Below, piece after piece: positions 39,820 through 49,887 of a stretch of 64,000 bases of DNA. Numbering within the stretch: position 1 is the stretch's first letter; each line of letters opens with the position of its first letter. The stretch comes from Candidatus Moranbacteria bacterium UBA1362 (lineage in GTDB: Bacteria; Patescibacteriota; Minisyncoccia; Moranbacterales; GWC2-37-73): assembly GCA_002306085.1 (NCBI GenBank), contig DBRS01000004.1, positions 8,133-72,132 on the forward strand. Reading direction: 5' to 3'. The notes beneath the pieces are model-generated. The model had not been told where the DNA came from. It saw only the letters and a program-made list of their open reading frames with translations, and did not search any database. Made by a program: the position numbers and the translations under genes.

Positions 39820-40858
39820 ATGCAGATTTTCTTTGCAATTTTTTGCCGTGGCAATCATATTGTCTGTCACATCTTTTGTTTTACTTGCGGATGTGTTCAA
39901 GAAAAGCACATCTAGCATTACCATTTTGGTGAATGCAAAATCATCGGCGGCAATAAAACAACAGCAGATAGTCAACAATCTTGTTGAAATTCCAAACCTT
40001 CTCTCTTTTTATGACAGAATGCTTGCGGAAAATCCCGACGTCAGGGATGTTGCACAAGGCAAAAGTCCTGACGAAAGGAAGGCTATGTGGAACAGTATGC
40101 TGGAAACGGAAACTGTAGATGGAGATTCCTCAATGATTCGCATATCAATAACTGCCAACAAGGGATCTGACGCGCAACAACTCGTGCAGAAAACAACAAG
40201 AACGCTTTTAAACTTGGCTGGCATGTATTATGACGTAAGAGACGAGCTTGATCTTAGAATCATTGAAGGGCCAATTACTCGTACCGTGCTACCGGCGTGG
40301 TACTGGGTTATATTGCTTAGTGTCACACTTGGAATTCTCGTGACATTTATTCTGCAATCAGTGTTGTTGTCAATGGGGAAGGTGTTTGATAAGAAGAGGG
40401 TTACCCTTCCCAAAAAAGAATATCTTAGCTTCACGAGAAACGGAAATTTTTCAAAAGAAAGCGGAATAAAATCGCTTGAAGAATTATACAAAATTGAAGA
40501 ATCTGAAAAATCCTTTTTCGAGGATGCAAAGAAAGCTGAACAACGCAAAGAGGATTTTCTGAAAGAGAAAGGGATTGCGAAGGAAGAACACGCTAAAAGA
40601 AACGAAGAGCAGTTTTTCAAAGAAACATATCCAAACTTTCCTGAAGCGGTGGGCAATGTGCAACAAAAGAAAGCGGAGGCCCCAAGCAATCTGCCGGTTG
40701 CCAAAGATGCCGGTTTGCCAAAAGGAATTGCAGAAGGAAAAGGAAGCAAAAAGGACGGATTTGTGGAAATCGGCGAAGAAAAGAAAACCAATGTCGAGCG
40801 CGAACCAACTGATGAAGAGATCAAAAAGAGGCTGAATCAGCTTTTGAGGGGCAAATAA
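39791..40858 (+). CDS. Wzz/PCP-like chain-length determinant protein with acidic/basic C-terminal tail, putative
   Basis: TM (FFAVAIILSVTSFVLL), soluble domain, second TM (WYWVILLSVTLGILVTFIL), then a long K/E-rich cytoplasmic tail. Confidence 0.4.
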   Translation: MNTLKLKLDKCRFSLQFFAVAIILSVTSFVLLADVFKKSTSSITILVNAKSSAAIKQQQIVNNLVEIPNLLSFYDRMLAENPDVRDVAQGKSPDERKAMWNSMLETETVDGDSSMIRISITANKGSDAQQLVQKTTRTLLNLAGMYYDVRDELDLRIIEGPITRTVLPAWYWVILLSVTLGILVTFILQSVLLSMGKVFDKKRVTLPKKEYLSFTRNGNFSKESGIKSLEELYKIEESEKSFFEDAKKAEQRKEDFLKEKGIAKEEHAKRNEEQFFKETYPNFPEAVGNVQQKKAEAPSNLPVAKDAGLPKGIAEGKGSKKDGFVEIGEEKKTNVEREPTDEEIKKRLNQLLRGK

Positions 40859-40882
40859 CTTTTAATTGTTAGAAGACCTGCG

Positions 40883-42247
40883 ATGGCGAAAAAATATTCT
40901 TACAAATTTTGGATTTTGTTTTGGACGGCGTCCGCAATTTTTTTGGGGGCGTGGTATTTGTATTGCAACACCAGAGGGGAAAGTGTTTCAAGCGCCGTAG
41001 CTGGAGCGATGGACTTTTTGCCCATAAAAGAAGAGCAAAAAAATGAGTACAAGGCGCTTATAACGATGGGTGAATACATACTAGGGAAGGATGGTCAGGA
41101 AAAAACGCTGCTGGTGTTGTTCCAAAACAATCTCGAAATCAGACCAGGAGGAGGATTTATTGGCGCTTTTGGGATAATAAAAATCAAGGACGGAAAAATT
41201 ACGCTTCTTGAGACACACGACCTTTCCAATTTTGACGGAAGAATTCCTGATATTGTGGAACCGCCATATCCCATGAAAGAAGCCCTGCGTATCAAATCTT
41301 GGAAGTTGCGTGATTCCAATTTCTCACCTGATTTTTCGGAAAATGCGAAAAAAGCCGAGGAATTTTATTACATGGGAGAGGGGAAGGAAAAGTTTGATGC
41401 CGTAATAGGAATAACCGCCAGTACCTTGGAGTCGATACTGAAAATAACAGGACCAATAGAAGTTACGGGTTATCCAGGGACATACAACAGCGAAAATGCG
41501 CTGATTTCCTTGGAATATCAGGTTGAAAAGGCGTTTGAAGAGCAGGGTATTGAAAGAGGAGAAAGAAAATCTATTATAACGGATCTTGCAAAAGAAATTG
41601 AAAAAAGAATTTTTGCGCTTTCAGTTTCCCAAAAAATTGAGTTGGCATCATTGATGATACGTGATTTGAAGCAAAAAGACATCCAATTGTTTTTCAAGGA
41701 TGAAAATCTTCAAAATATAACCAAAACTGCCGGATGGGACGGCAACGTCGACAAAGATTGGAAAAACGACTATTTTATGATTTCAGATGCTAATCTGGGC
41801 GCATTCAAGAGTGATTATTATGTGAAAAGGGCGCTGGACTATACGGTAGACTTTACTGGCGAAAAGGCCATTGCTCGACTCAAGATTTCTTATAATCATA
41901 CAGCAAAGAAAAAAGACTGGATGACACGCGATTACCTTACCTATTTAAGAGTATACGTACCGGAAGGATCTTGGTTTATAGGGGGCACGGATTTTAGCAA
42001 TCCCCAATTCGGCAACGAGTTTGGGAAAAAATATTCCGGCGAAATCATTAAGGTGCCGATTGGCACAAAAAAGACGGTTGAACTTACATATTCTCTTCCT
42101 GATACGATAGATGCCGAAAATTACATGTTGAAGATACAAAAGCAGGCAGGTATCAGCGATGTGCCGGTTGCCGTGCACATAATCGGCAAAAATGGAATAA
42201 GAAGGGATTTTTCGTATACCATGAACGAAGATATTGTCGTTGAATAA
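40883..42247 (+). CDS. DUF4012 domain-containing protein (second copy)
   Basis: LFQNNLEIRPGGGFIGAFGIIKIKDGKITLLETHD matches the DUF4012 core, as in the 15651-18215 protein. Confidence 0.7.
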   Translation: MAKKYSYKFWILFWTASAIFLGAWYLYCNTRGESVSSAVAGAMDFLPIKEEQKNEYKALITMGEYILGKDGQEKTLLVLFQNNLEIRPGGGFIGAFGIIKIKDGKITLLETHDLSNFDGRIPDIVEPPYPMKEALRIKSWKLRDSNFSPDFSENAKKAEEFYYMGEGKEKFDAVIGITASTLESILKITGPIEVTGYPGTYNSENALISLEYQVEKAFEEQGIERGERKSIITDLAKEIEKRIFALSVSQKIELASLMIRDLKQKDIQLFFKDENLQNITKTAGWDGNVDKDWKNDYFMISDANLGAFKSDYYVKRALDYTVDFTGEKAIARLKISYNHTAKKKDWMTRDYLTYLRVYVPEGSWFIGGTDFSNPQFGNEFGKKYSGEIIKVPIGTKKTVELTYSLPDTIDAENYMLKIQKQAGISDVPVAVHIIGKNGIRRDFSYTMNEDIVVE

Positions 42248-42260
42248 GCTTATGTCAAAA

Positions 42261-42286
42261 AAAGACCGCCTGAGGCGGTCTTTTTT
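42261..42286 (+). terminator. Rho-independent terminator
   Basis: aaagaccgcc-tga-ggcggtcttttttg. Confidence 0.85.
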
Positions 42287-42370
42287 GCAAAATAACCGTT
42301 GTTGTAGTATTCTTAAAAGGCTTAAAAACAATAAAAAATACCTTTTTCTTTTTGCAATAAGGCCAGAAAG

Positions 42371-42835
42371 TTGAAGCTCAAAAATATGATCGAAGGTGTA
42401 GTAATAAAAAATCTTGTTAAATATGGAGACGAACGAGGATGGCTTGCTGAAATATTCAGAAAAGATGAGATTGAAGCGCGTCCGGTCATGGGATATGTAA
42501 GCGCAACTAAGCCCGGAGTTGTCAGGGGGCCGCACGAGCATAAAAACCAGACGGATATTTTCGCTTTTATAGGACCTGGGAGTGTCGAACTTATGCTTTG
42601 GGATAACCGAAAAGAATCTCCGACATTTGGTGAAAAAATACTCGTGGAATGCGGGGAAAACAATCCGACATTGGCAATAGTTCCGCCGGGAGTCGTGCAT
42701 GCCTATAAGAATGTGGGCGAAATTGATGCATGGTGCATTAATCTCCCCGATAAATTATATAAAGGCGAAGGAAGGCGAGAAGAAGCGGATGAAATCAGAT
42801 GGGAAAACGATCCCAATTCACCATTTAAATTATAA
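42371..42835 (+). CDS. rfbC: dTDP-4-dehydrorhamnose 3,5-epimerase (short cupin-type RmlC)
   Basis: DERGWLAEIFR..., RGPHEHKNQTDIFAF, VVPPGVVHAYKNVGE. Possible start at 42386. Confidence 0.8.
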   Translation: MKLKNMIEGVVIKNLVKYGDERGWLAEIFRKDEIEARPVMGYVSATKPGVVRGPHEHKNQTDIFAFIGPGSVELMLWDNRKESPTFGEKILVECGENNPTLAIVPPGVVHAYKNVGEIDAWCINLPDKLYKGEGRREEADEIRWENDPNSPFKL

Positions 42836-42896
42836 ATCTATCAAATATTTTTGAAATTTTATGAATTTATAACTTCATAAACTTTAAAAATTTTCC

Positions 42897-43904
42897 ATGA
42901 AAATTTTAATAACAGGAGGCGCAGGCTTCATAGGAAGCAATTTTATTCATTATATACTAGGAAAATATCCGGATTATAAAGTTATCAACCTGGACGCTTT
43001 GACTTATGCGGGAAATTTAGAAAACCTTAAAGATGTCGAAAAAAATCCGAATTACAAATTTGTCAAAGGCAATATCTGCGATGTCGAGTTGGTCAAAAAA
43101 CTAGCAGAAAACACCGATATTATTGTTCATTTTGCAGCTGAATCTCATGTTGACAGATCAATTTTAGATTCCAATGACTTCATCAAAACAAATATTGTCG
43201 GAACGCACACATTGCTTGAAGCAGCCAAAAATTGCGGCAACGTGAGATTTCACCATGTTTCCACCGACGAAGTTTTCGGCTCGCTCAAGCCGAACAGCAG
43301 GCCTTTTGATGAAAATACCCCATATTGTCCAAGAAGTCCTTATTCTGCCTCCAAGGCCGCATCTGATCATCTTGTGTGTGCGTACTACCATACATTCGGT
43401 TTGCCGATAACCATTTCGAACTGCTCAAACAACTATGGCCCTTTTCATTTTCCTGAGAAGCTCATTCCGCTCATTATAACCAATCTTTTTGAAGACAAAA
43501 AAATTCCGATCTATGGAGACGGAATGCAGATACGCGACTGGCTTTACGTGGAGGACCATTGCAAAGCCATCGATAAAATAATTCATGATGGAAAAATTGG
43601 AGAAACCTACTGTATTGGTGGAAATAGCGAGATTCCGAATATCGAAATTGCAAAAACTATTTTATCGTTGCTTGGAAAAGATGACAGTTATATCGAGTAT
43701 GTCAAAGATCGTCCGGGACATGACAAAAGATACGCGATTGATTTTTTAAAAATAAAAAACGAACTCGGTTGGCAGCCCCAGGTTTCATTCAAAGAAGGAA
43801 TCAAAAAAACAATCGAGTGGTTCAAGAAAAATGAGCAGTGGTGGAGAAACGCAAAATCAGGCGAATATCAAAAATATTATAATGAACAATATGATTTAAA
43901 ATAA
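42897..43904 (+). CDS. rfbB: dTDP-glucose 4,6-dehydratase
   Basis: MKILITGGAGFIGSNF, STDEVFG, and YSASKAASDHL (YxxxK). Confidence 0.93.
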   Translation: MKILITGGAGFIGSNFIHYILGKYPDYKVINLDALTYAGNLENLKDVEKNPNYKFVKGNICDVELVKKLAENTDIIVHFAAESHVDRSILDSNDFIKTNIVGTHTLLEAAKNCGNVRFHHVSTDEVFGSLKPNSRPFDENTPYCPRSPYSASKAASDHLVCAYYHTFGLPITISNCSNNYGPFHFPEKLIPLIITNLFEDKKIPIYGDGMQIRDWLYVEDHCKAIDKIIHDGKIGETYCIGGNSEIPNIEIAKTILSLLGKDDSYIEYVKDRPGHDKRYAIDFLKIKNELGWQPQVSFKEGIKKTIEWFKKNEQWWRNAKSGEYQKYYNEQYDLK

Positions 43905-44011
43905 TTTCGAATTTCAAATCTTTTCTGAAGTCTGATTAGTATTTATTGGCATTCAAAATCTTAATTGGAAGCAAAAAATTAGGAGATATTAATCAAAAAC
44001 GGCAATAAAAT

Positions 44012-44962
44012 ATGAGTAGAAAAACTGAAAAAATAAACGTATTGATTATAGGCTCACACGGCATGCTCGGACAAGAATTGGTGAGAATATTTAAAAACGA
44101 TGATGATTACAAAGTGACTGCTTGGGACAGGAAAAATATTGATATTACTGATGAAAAGCAGGTTAAAGAAAAAATAAAAAAACTTGCGCCTAAAATAATC
44201 ATAAACGCGGCCGCATACAACGCGGTCGATCTTTGTGAAAAAGACAAAAAAGAATTTGAAGCTGCAAAAGCAGTCAACGGAAAGGCGCCGGGATATTTGG
44301 CGAAGATTGCAAAAAAGCTCGATGCCATTCTTGTACACTATTCTTCTGACTATGTTTTTAGCGGCATGCCGGAAATTTCGGAACCTCAAGGTTGCAGTGG
44401 ATCTTGCGCCATGTGCCATTTGCATGAAGGATTTGCTCCCGAAATCGGATTTGATGAAGATGCGGTTCCTGAACCCATTCAAAAATATGGTAAGACGAAA
44501 TTGATGGGCGAGATAGCAGTGCAGAAAAATTGTGAAAATTATTACATCATCAGAATTTCAAAATTGTTCGGAAAGCCAGCAAAATCCAAGGAGGCTAAAA
44601 AAAGTTTTTTTGATGTCATGTTGAAACTGGGAAAAAAGCAAAAAGAAGTAAGAGTTGTTGATGAAGAAACAAGTTTGTTTACATATGCTCCAGATCTTGC
44701 CAGGAAAACAAAGCAAATAATCGAAGCAGAAAAACCTTTCGGGATATATCACGTGGCAAATCAAGGGGCTTGCACGTGGTATGAAGCGGTTGTAGAATTA
44801 TATAAAATGGCTAAAATAAAGACAAAAGTGGTTCCGGTAGGAAGCGAGGATTTTTTGCGTTCCGCCAAAAGACCATATATTTCTACTCTAATAAACACCA
44901 AGCTAAATCCGTTGAGAAGCTACAAATTGGCGCTCCGAGAATATTTGAAAAATAATTTCTAA
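44012..44962 (+). CDS. rfbD: dTDP-4-dehydrorhamnose reductase (RmlD), with an about 23-aa Cys/His-rich insertion
   Basis: VLIIGSHGMLG, SSDYVFSG, YGKTKLMGE. Extra insert GCSGSCAMCHLHEG lies between the substrate-binding motif and YxxxK. Confidence 0.8.
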   Translation: MSRKTEKINVLIIGSHGMLGQELVRIFKNDDDYKVTAWDRKNIDITDEKQVKEKIKKLAPKIIINAAAYNAVDLCEKDKKEFEAAKAVNGKAPGYLAKIAKKLDAILVHYSSDYVFSGMPEISEPQGCSGSCAMCHLHEGFAPEIGFDEDAVPEPIQKYGKTKLMGEIAVQKNCENYYIIRISKLFGKPAKSKEAKKSFFDVMLKLGKKQKEVRVVDEETSLFTYAPDLARKTKQIIEAEKPFGIYHVANQGACTWYEAVVELYKMAKIKTKVVPVGSEDFLRSAKRPYISTLINTKLNPLRSYKLALREYLKNNF

Positions 44963-44979
44963 ATTTTTAAATATTAAAA

Positions 44980-46221
44980 ATGAACTATAAAAACCTTAAA
45001 AAATGCGATCCGCAAGTATATAAGGCTTTAATGGGGGAATTAAAGCGTCAGCAGGAAGGAATGGAACTTATTGCTAGCGAAAATTATGTTTCCGAAGCAG
45101 TACTTGAAGCGCTTGGCAGTGTTTTTACCAATAAATATTCTGAAGGATATCCGGGACGCAGGTATTACGGCGGACAGGAGTATACAGATCTCGCTGAAAC
45201 TCTTGCAATTGAAAGGGCAAAAAAATTGTTCGGAGCTGAGCATGTGAATGTGCAGCCTCTTTCCGGAGCTCCGGCCAATATGATTGCATATAGTGCAGTT
45301 TTAAAGCCCGGAGATACAGTTTTAGGCATGGATCTTTCACATGGAGGGCATCTGACGCATGGCCATCCAGTGACGCTCTCGGCCAAAATATACAACTTTA
45401 TAAGATATAAGACTGATGAATCGGGAATGATTGATTATGACGAGCTTGAGAAAATGGCAATAAAACATAAACCCAAACTTATTTTGGCAGGCTTTTCTGC
45501 ATATACAAGACAATTGGATTACAAAAGATTTCAGCAAATAGCAAAAAAGGTCGGCGCAATTTTAATGATAGATATTGCTCATATTGCAGGCCTTATTGCG
45601 GGAAAAGCGATTCCAAATCCAGTTCCGTATTTTGATATTGTCACAACCACCACACACAAAACATTGCGCGGACCACGCGGAGGAATGATTATGTGCAAGA
45701 AGGAATTTGCAAAAGCGATAGATAAATCGGCCTTTCCGGGCTTTCAAGGAGGGCCGCACATGAATAATATTGCAGCAAAAGCAATTGCATTTGGAGAGGC
45801 ATTGAAACCGTCTTTCAGAAAATATGCCAAGCAGATTTTGAAAAACGCCAAGGTTATGGAAAAAGAGCTTATAAAGCATGGTTTTAAACTTATGTTCGAA
45901 GGCACCGACAACCATATGGTTTTGGTCGACGTGTATGAAAGCAAGGGTGTTACCGGAAAAGAAGCTGAAATAGCGCTGGACAAGGTTGGCATCACGCTCA
46001 ACAAAAATATGGTTCCGGACGATTCACGCGGGCCGATGGATCCTAGCGGAATTAGAATTGGCGTTCCAGCAATCACAACTCGCGGCATGAAGGAAAAAGA
46101 AATAAAAATCATTTGCAAATGGATAAAAGACGCGATTAAAAACCGTAATAATGAAAAACTTCTCAAAAAAATACGCAAAGATGTCGTGAAAATGTGCAAA
46201 AAATTCCCGATTTATAAATAA
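44980..46221 (+). CDS. glyA: Serine hydroxymethyltransferase
   Basis: LIASENYVSEAVLEALGSVFTNKYSEGYPGRRYYGG, TTTHKTLRGPRGG (PLP-Lys). Confidence 0.96.
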   Translation: MNYKNLKKCDPQVYKALMGELKRQQEGMELIASENYVSEAVLEALGSVFTNKYSEGYPGRRYYGGQEYTDLAETLAIERAKKLFGAEHVNVQPLSGAPANMIAYSAVLKPGDTVLGMDLSHGGHLTHGHPVTLSAKIYNFIRYKTDESGMIDYDELEKMAIKHKPKLILAGFSAYTRQLDYKRFQQIAKKVGAILMIDIAHIAGLIAGKAIPNPVPYFDIVTTTTHKTLRGPRGGMIMCKKEFAKAIDKSAFPGFQGGPHMNNIAAKAIAFGEALKPSFRKYAKQILKNAKVMEKELIKHGFKLMFEGTDNHMVLVDVYESKGVTGKEAEIALDKVGITLNKNMVPDDSRGPMDPSGIRIGVPAITTRGMKEKEIKIICKWIKDAIKNRNNEKLLKKIRKDVVKMCKKFPIYK

Positions 46222-46255
46222 ACTTAAATTGAATTTAAGTTCATATTAAAAATAT

Positions 46256-47065
46256 ATGGATAAAAAAATGAAAGGGATAGTGCTGGCCGGTGGAACAGCT
46301 ACAAGACTTTTCCCATTGACCGCAACAACATCGAAACAGCTTTTGCCGGTGTATGACCGTCAGATGATTTTCTATCCGCTCAATACTCTCATCAAGGCAG
46401 GCATCAAAGAAATTCTTGTGATTGTTGCGCCTGACCATAGCGGACAATTTCTTAATCTCCTGGGTTCAATTTTCAAAAATCATGGGATCAGTTTATTTTT
46501 CGAAGTCCAAAAAATACCGCGGGGACTTGCAGATGCTTTCATTTTGGGAGAAAACTTCATAGCGGGAGACAATGTTGCGATGATTCTAGGAGACAACATC
46601 TATGAAGATGATTTAAGCGAAAGCATTAAGAATTTCAAATCCGGCGGAACTGTTTTTGCAAAAAAGGTAAAAGACCCCGAAAGGTTTGGCATTGTGGAAT
46701 TTGACAAAGACGGAAAAGCTATCAGAGTTGTTGAGAAGCCTAAAAAGTTTATAAGCGACTATGCTTTGACTGGATTATATGTATATGACAGTCGCGTTTC
46801 CGAAATAGCAAAAAGTCTTACTCCTTCCGACCGCGGAGAGATTGAAATCACGGACATAAATAAAAAATATTTAGAAATGGGAGAATTAAACGTCCAAAAA
46901 ATAGAAGGCGAATGGCTTGATGCCGGAACGTTTGATTCGCTTTTGGAGGCAGGAAATGTTGTCAAAGAAAAGGAGATATATAAAAACTTTGATCCTCTGA
47001 TTGACAAGGCTATCGCCGATTTCAATGAAGAACTTAAAATAATTGCTAAAAAAAGATTATTATAA
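46256..47065 (+). CDS. rfbA: Glucose-1-phosphate thymidylyltransferase (short-form RmlA)
   Basis: MKGIVLAGGTATRLFPLT...KQLLPV. Likely start at 46268. Confidence 0.85.
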   Translation: MDKKMKGIVLAGGTATRLFPLTATTSKQLLPVYDRQMIFYPLNTLIKAGIKEILVIVAPDHSGQFLNLLGSIFKNHGISLFFEVQKIPRGLADAFILGENFIAGDNVAMILGDNIYEDDLSESIKNFKSGGTVFAKKVKDPERFGIVEFDKDGKAIRVVEKPKKFISDYALTGLYVYDSRVSEIAKSLTPSDRGEIEITDINKKYLEMGELNVQKIEGEWLDAGTFDSLLEAGNVVKEKEIYKNFDPLIDKAIADFNEELKIIAKKRLL

Positions 47066-47165
47066 ATACAATTCGAATTTGCGAATAAATCTGCCAATTA
47101 ACAAATATCCTACGAATAGCATGTATTTGCTGAACAAAATTCGTTAATTCGGATCAACAACTATC

Positions 47166-48647
47166 ATGAAAAATAAACCGAAAATACATCTGGAAACACT
47201 CGAAGAATATAGCACATCCATACTTCGTTATATTGAATGGATGTTACGCAATTATTTCAAGGACGTAAAAGATATTACAATCGATGATATTAAAAAACAT
47301 GAGACGCAAATAAATGCATATGAAAATTTTGAACATCTGGAGCCGATAGACGAAAGCAAAATCATAATTCTTGATGATGAAAAAATAAATACCGCAAAAG
47401 CCGAAAATGCCATAATGAATGGAAAGATTTTGTGGGAGCATACTGCAGCCGGAGAAGCAACAAGGCTCGGACTGGGAACGAAATATCTTCTAAATCTTTC
47501 TCAATTTACCATTCCAGAAATAGTTTCGCACATTAAAAAAGAAAGGCTGGCCGAGGCAGAGAAAAAAGGATTGAAAGGCGCGGCTCTAGCCAAGGAAAAA
47601 AAAGTTATAAACAGAGAGGTTACGGAAAAAAACGTGTTAGAAACAACAGGTCAACGTCCTAAAAAGCTGATGAACATTTCTTTAGGCAACAGACACATGC
47701 TTCAACTTGCATTTGACATTTCTCAGCTTGCAAAGAAAAACAAGCTCAATCCGCGCAAAGTTCTTGCAAAACAAACAAATCTTGTCATTTTGAACGAACA
47801 GACAGTTGAGGAGATTTTGGAAGAATTTAAGAAATTTAACTTTTTTGGCTTTAATCCTCGGAAGGTTTTCTTTATGGTTCAACGCAGTTTTCATGGCACA
47901 TATATTAAGGAAGGGTGCCTGTACTATGATATAACAACTGAAAAAAATAAGCGTCTCCATAATCACGGGCAATTGATGATGCAGAAAGTTCATGACGGCA
48001 TGTTCTTTTGTGTTGATCCCAAAAATACCAGCAAAAGAAAATATCTTCTAAACGGAGAACTCAGAGAAATTCTCAAAAGACATGACGATTTGCTCTGCTA
48101 TAACGTCGAGGATTTGGGATATCTGACTTGCTCAATAGACCTTCCGAGTCTTTCATTGGCTTTGGATCTTGGAAGAAAAGATTACAATATGGTGATGGAA
48201 ATTGTGGCGCAAAATCCCATAAAACCCCAGAAGGGAGGAGCATGCTTTTATGACAGAAAACTGGGCAGGGTTGTTATGATTGAAAGCAATCAGCTGAAAA
48301 ATATAAAAAATGAGGATATCAAGCACCTTAACAAGAATTTCAACCATTTTCCAAATCCGTTGAAATTCTTCGATGTTTTATCTGAAAAAGCTTTGCCAAT
48401 AACTTTTGAGGTAAAAAGCACATTTAACCAAAGCGGCGATCCTTGTGATTATATATACGCCAATCCTCCGCAAGGAAATATTAATTTTCTTGTAAAAACC
48501 GCATATGTAATGCGCAAAAACCTGAAACCGATTTATAGCTGGAAATCGCCTGCAACAACACCGCTTGCAGTAAAATCCATGCTTGATCAAGACAAACAAA
48601 AAGGTTTTGAACAATTTGTAAAGGTGACAAAAAGGAGCAGGAAATAA
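47166..48647 (+). CDS. UDPGP-family (UTP:sugar-1-phosphate uridylyltransferase-like, eukaryotic-type) nucleotidyltransferase, putative
   Basis: WEHTAAGEATRLGLGTKY resembles the LxGGxGTRLG pyrophosphorylase loop of UAP/UGP enzymes. Size of about 490 aa fits. Confidence 0.4.
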   Translation: MKNKPKIHLETLEEYSTSILRYIEWMLRNYFKDVKDITIDDIKKHETQINAYENFEHLEPIDESKIIILDDEKINTAKAENAIMNGKILWEHTAAGEATRLGLGTKYLLNLSQFTIPEIVSHIKKERLAEAEKKGLKGAALAKEKKVINREVTEKNVLETTGQRPKKLMNISLGNRHMLQLAFDISQLAKKNKLNPRKVLAKQTNLVILNEQTVEEILEEFKKFNFFGFNPRKVFFMVQRSFHGTYIKEGCLYYDITTEKNKRLHNHGQLMMQKVHDGMFFCVDPKNTSKRKYLLNGELREILKRHDDLLCYNVEDLGYLTCSIDLPSLSLALDLGRKDYNMVMEIVAQNPIKPQKGGACFYDRKLGRVVMIESNQLKNIKNEDIKHLNKNFNHFPNPLKFFDVLSEKALPITFEVKSTFNQSGDPCDYIYANPPQGNINFLVKTAYVMRKNLKPIYSWKSPATTPLAVKSMLDQDKQKGFEQFVKVTKRSRK

Positions 48648-48684
48648 CCATTAGCAGGCTATGTATTAATTTTATCGATAATCC

Positions 48685-49392
48685 TTGAAAAATTTGCGTA
48701 TGTATTGGATCTATTTCGCACTGTTTATTTTTATAGTGTTTGTTCCTTTGATTGTTCGAGAAGGATTTTATGTTTTCAGCGCGGTTCATTTGCAACAAAT
48801 AACAATTCTGGGCATCGGAATTACTGCTTTTGCCGCGTATTATATTTACGAAAAATCTCTCAAGAAGAAATTGGCTGAACGTATTAGTATTCAAAAGCAG
48901 TTCAACAGAATTTCAAAGGATCTGACACATTCTTATTCATATATCGGGGAAATAAACCGCAAATTAGAAATTCTCAAAAATATAACAACGACATATCCAG
49001 AAAGCGCCAATCTTTCGACAAGAAAACAGAATCAAATATACGATGCAATAATGGAAGGAATAAGACTTTTCGGAAAATCTGATAAATTTGTCTTGCGCTT
49101 CGTATGCACTGCAAACAACGAAATACTCAAGGAAATAAAAAGCTATCCGAGTCTTTCCTTAAATTTTTCCCCAAAGCATCTCGGCATGGATTTTCAATTT
49201 TTCGAATCAGATGAAATACTGATGGTTTCATCTCCCAAAGCGATTGATGGCATAATAGCATGTATAATTGTGAAGAAAAAAACATCAGGACATGTCATCG
49301 ATGATCTGGACATAATGAAATCCATGGCATCTCAAGCTCTTTTCTTTTTCATGTTCATGAAGCACAAGAAAAAAATAAGTTGCGTCATGTAA
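48685..49392 (+). CDS. Hypothetical membrane protein
   Basis: Two N-terminal TM helices, then a soluble domain. No recognisable motif. Confidence 0.4.
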   Translation: MKNLRMYWIYFALFIFIVFVPLIVREGFYVFSAVHLQQITILGIGITAFAAYYIYEKSLKKKLAERISIQKQFNRISKDLTHSYSYIGEINRKLEILKNITTTYPESANLSTRKQNQIYDAIMEGIRLFGKSDKFVLRFVCTANNEILKEIKSYPSLSLNFSPKHLGMDFQFFESDEILMVSSPKAIDGIIACIIVKKKTSGHVIDDLDIMKSMASQALFFFMFMKHKKKISCVM

Positions 49393-49410
49393 TCATTTAT
49401 TGATAAACGT

Positions 49411-49848
49411 ATGAAAATAATACTTCTTCAGGATGTAAAAAAATTGGGGAAAAGAGGGCAAATCAAAAATGTTCCCGATGGCTACGCGAGAAATTTTCTT
49501 ATTGCCAAAAACATGGCGGCTCCAGCTACGCCTGAAAATATCACGCAAGCGAAAAAGAAAGAGGAGATTAACAAACAAAAGCTTGAGGAGCAAAAGAAAG
49601 AATCAGAAAAGCTTGCAGAAAAATTAAATGGAAAGAAAATTGCCATCAAAGCAAGAGCAAAAAAGGGAAAATTGTTCGGTTCAATTACTCAAAAGGACAT
49701 TTCCCAAGAACTAATAAAACTAGGATTTGAAGTGCCTGAAAAATCCATAAAAACTGGCAATATTAAAGAAATCGGGATTGCTGAAGTGACCGTTGACGCA
49801 GGTTTTGGACTTAAGGCAAAGATTATTCTTGATATAATAGAAGCTTGA
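49411..49848 (+). CDS. rplI: 50S ribosomal protein L9
   Basis: [31 protein letters not shown] is the bL9 N-domain. Confidence 0.92.
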   Translation: MKIILLQDVKKLGKRGQIKNVPDGYARNFLIAKNMAAPATPENITQAKKKEEINKQKLEEQKKESEKLAEKLNGKKIAIKARAKKGKLFGSITQKDISQELIKLGFEVPEKSIKTGNIKEIGIAEVTVDAGFGLKAKIILDIIEA

Positions 49849-49858
49849 TTTTTTACAG

Positions 49859-49887
49859 TTGAGCAAAAACAATGCAAGTGCTATAAT
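49859..49887 (+). promoter_or_regulatory. Sigma70 promoter TTGAGC-N17-TGcTATAAT
   Basis: ttgagc at 49859-49864, gtgc-tataat at 49879-49887. Upstream of pyrG. Confidence 0.45.
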
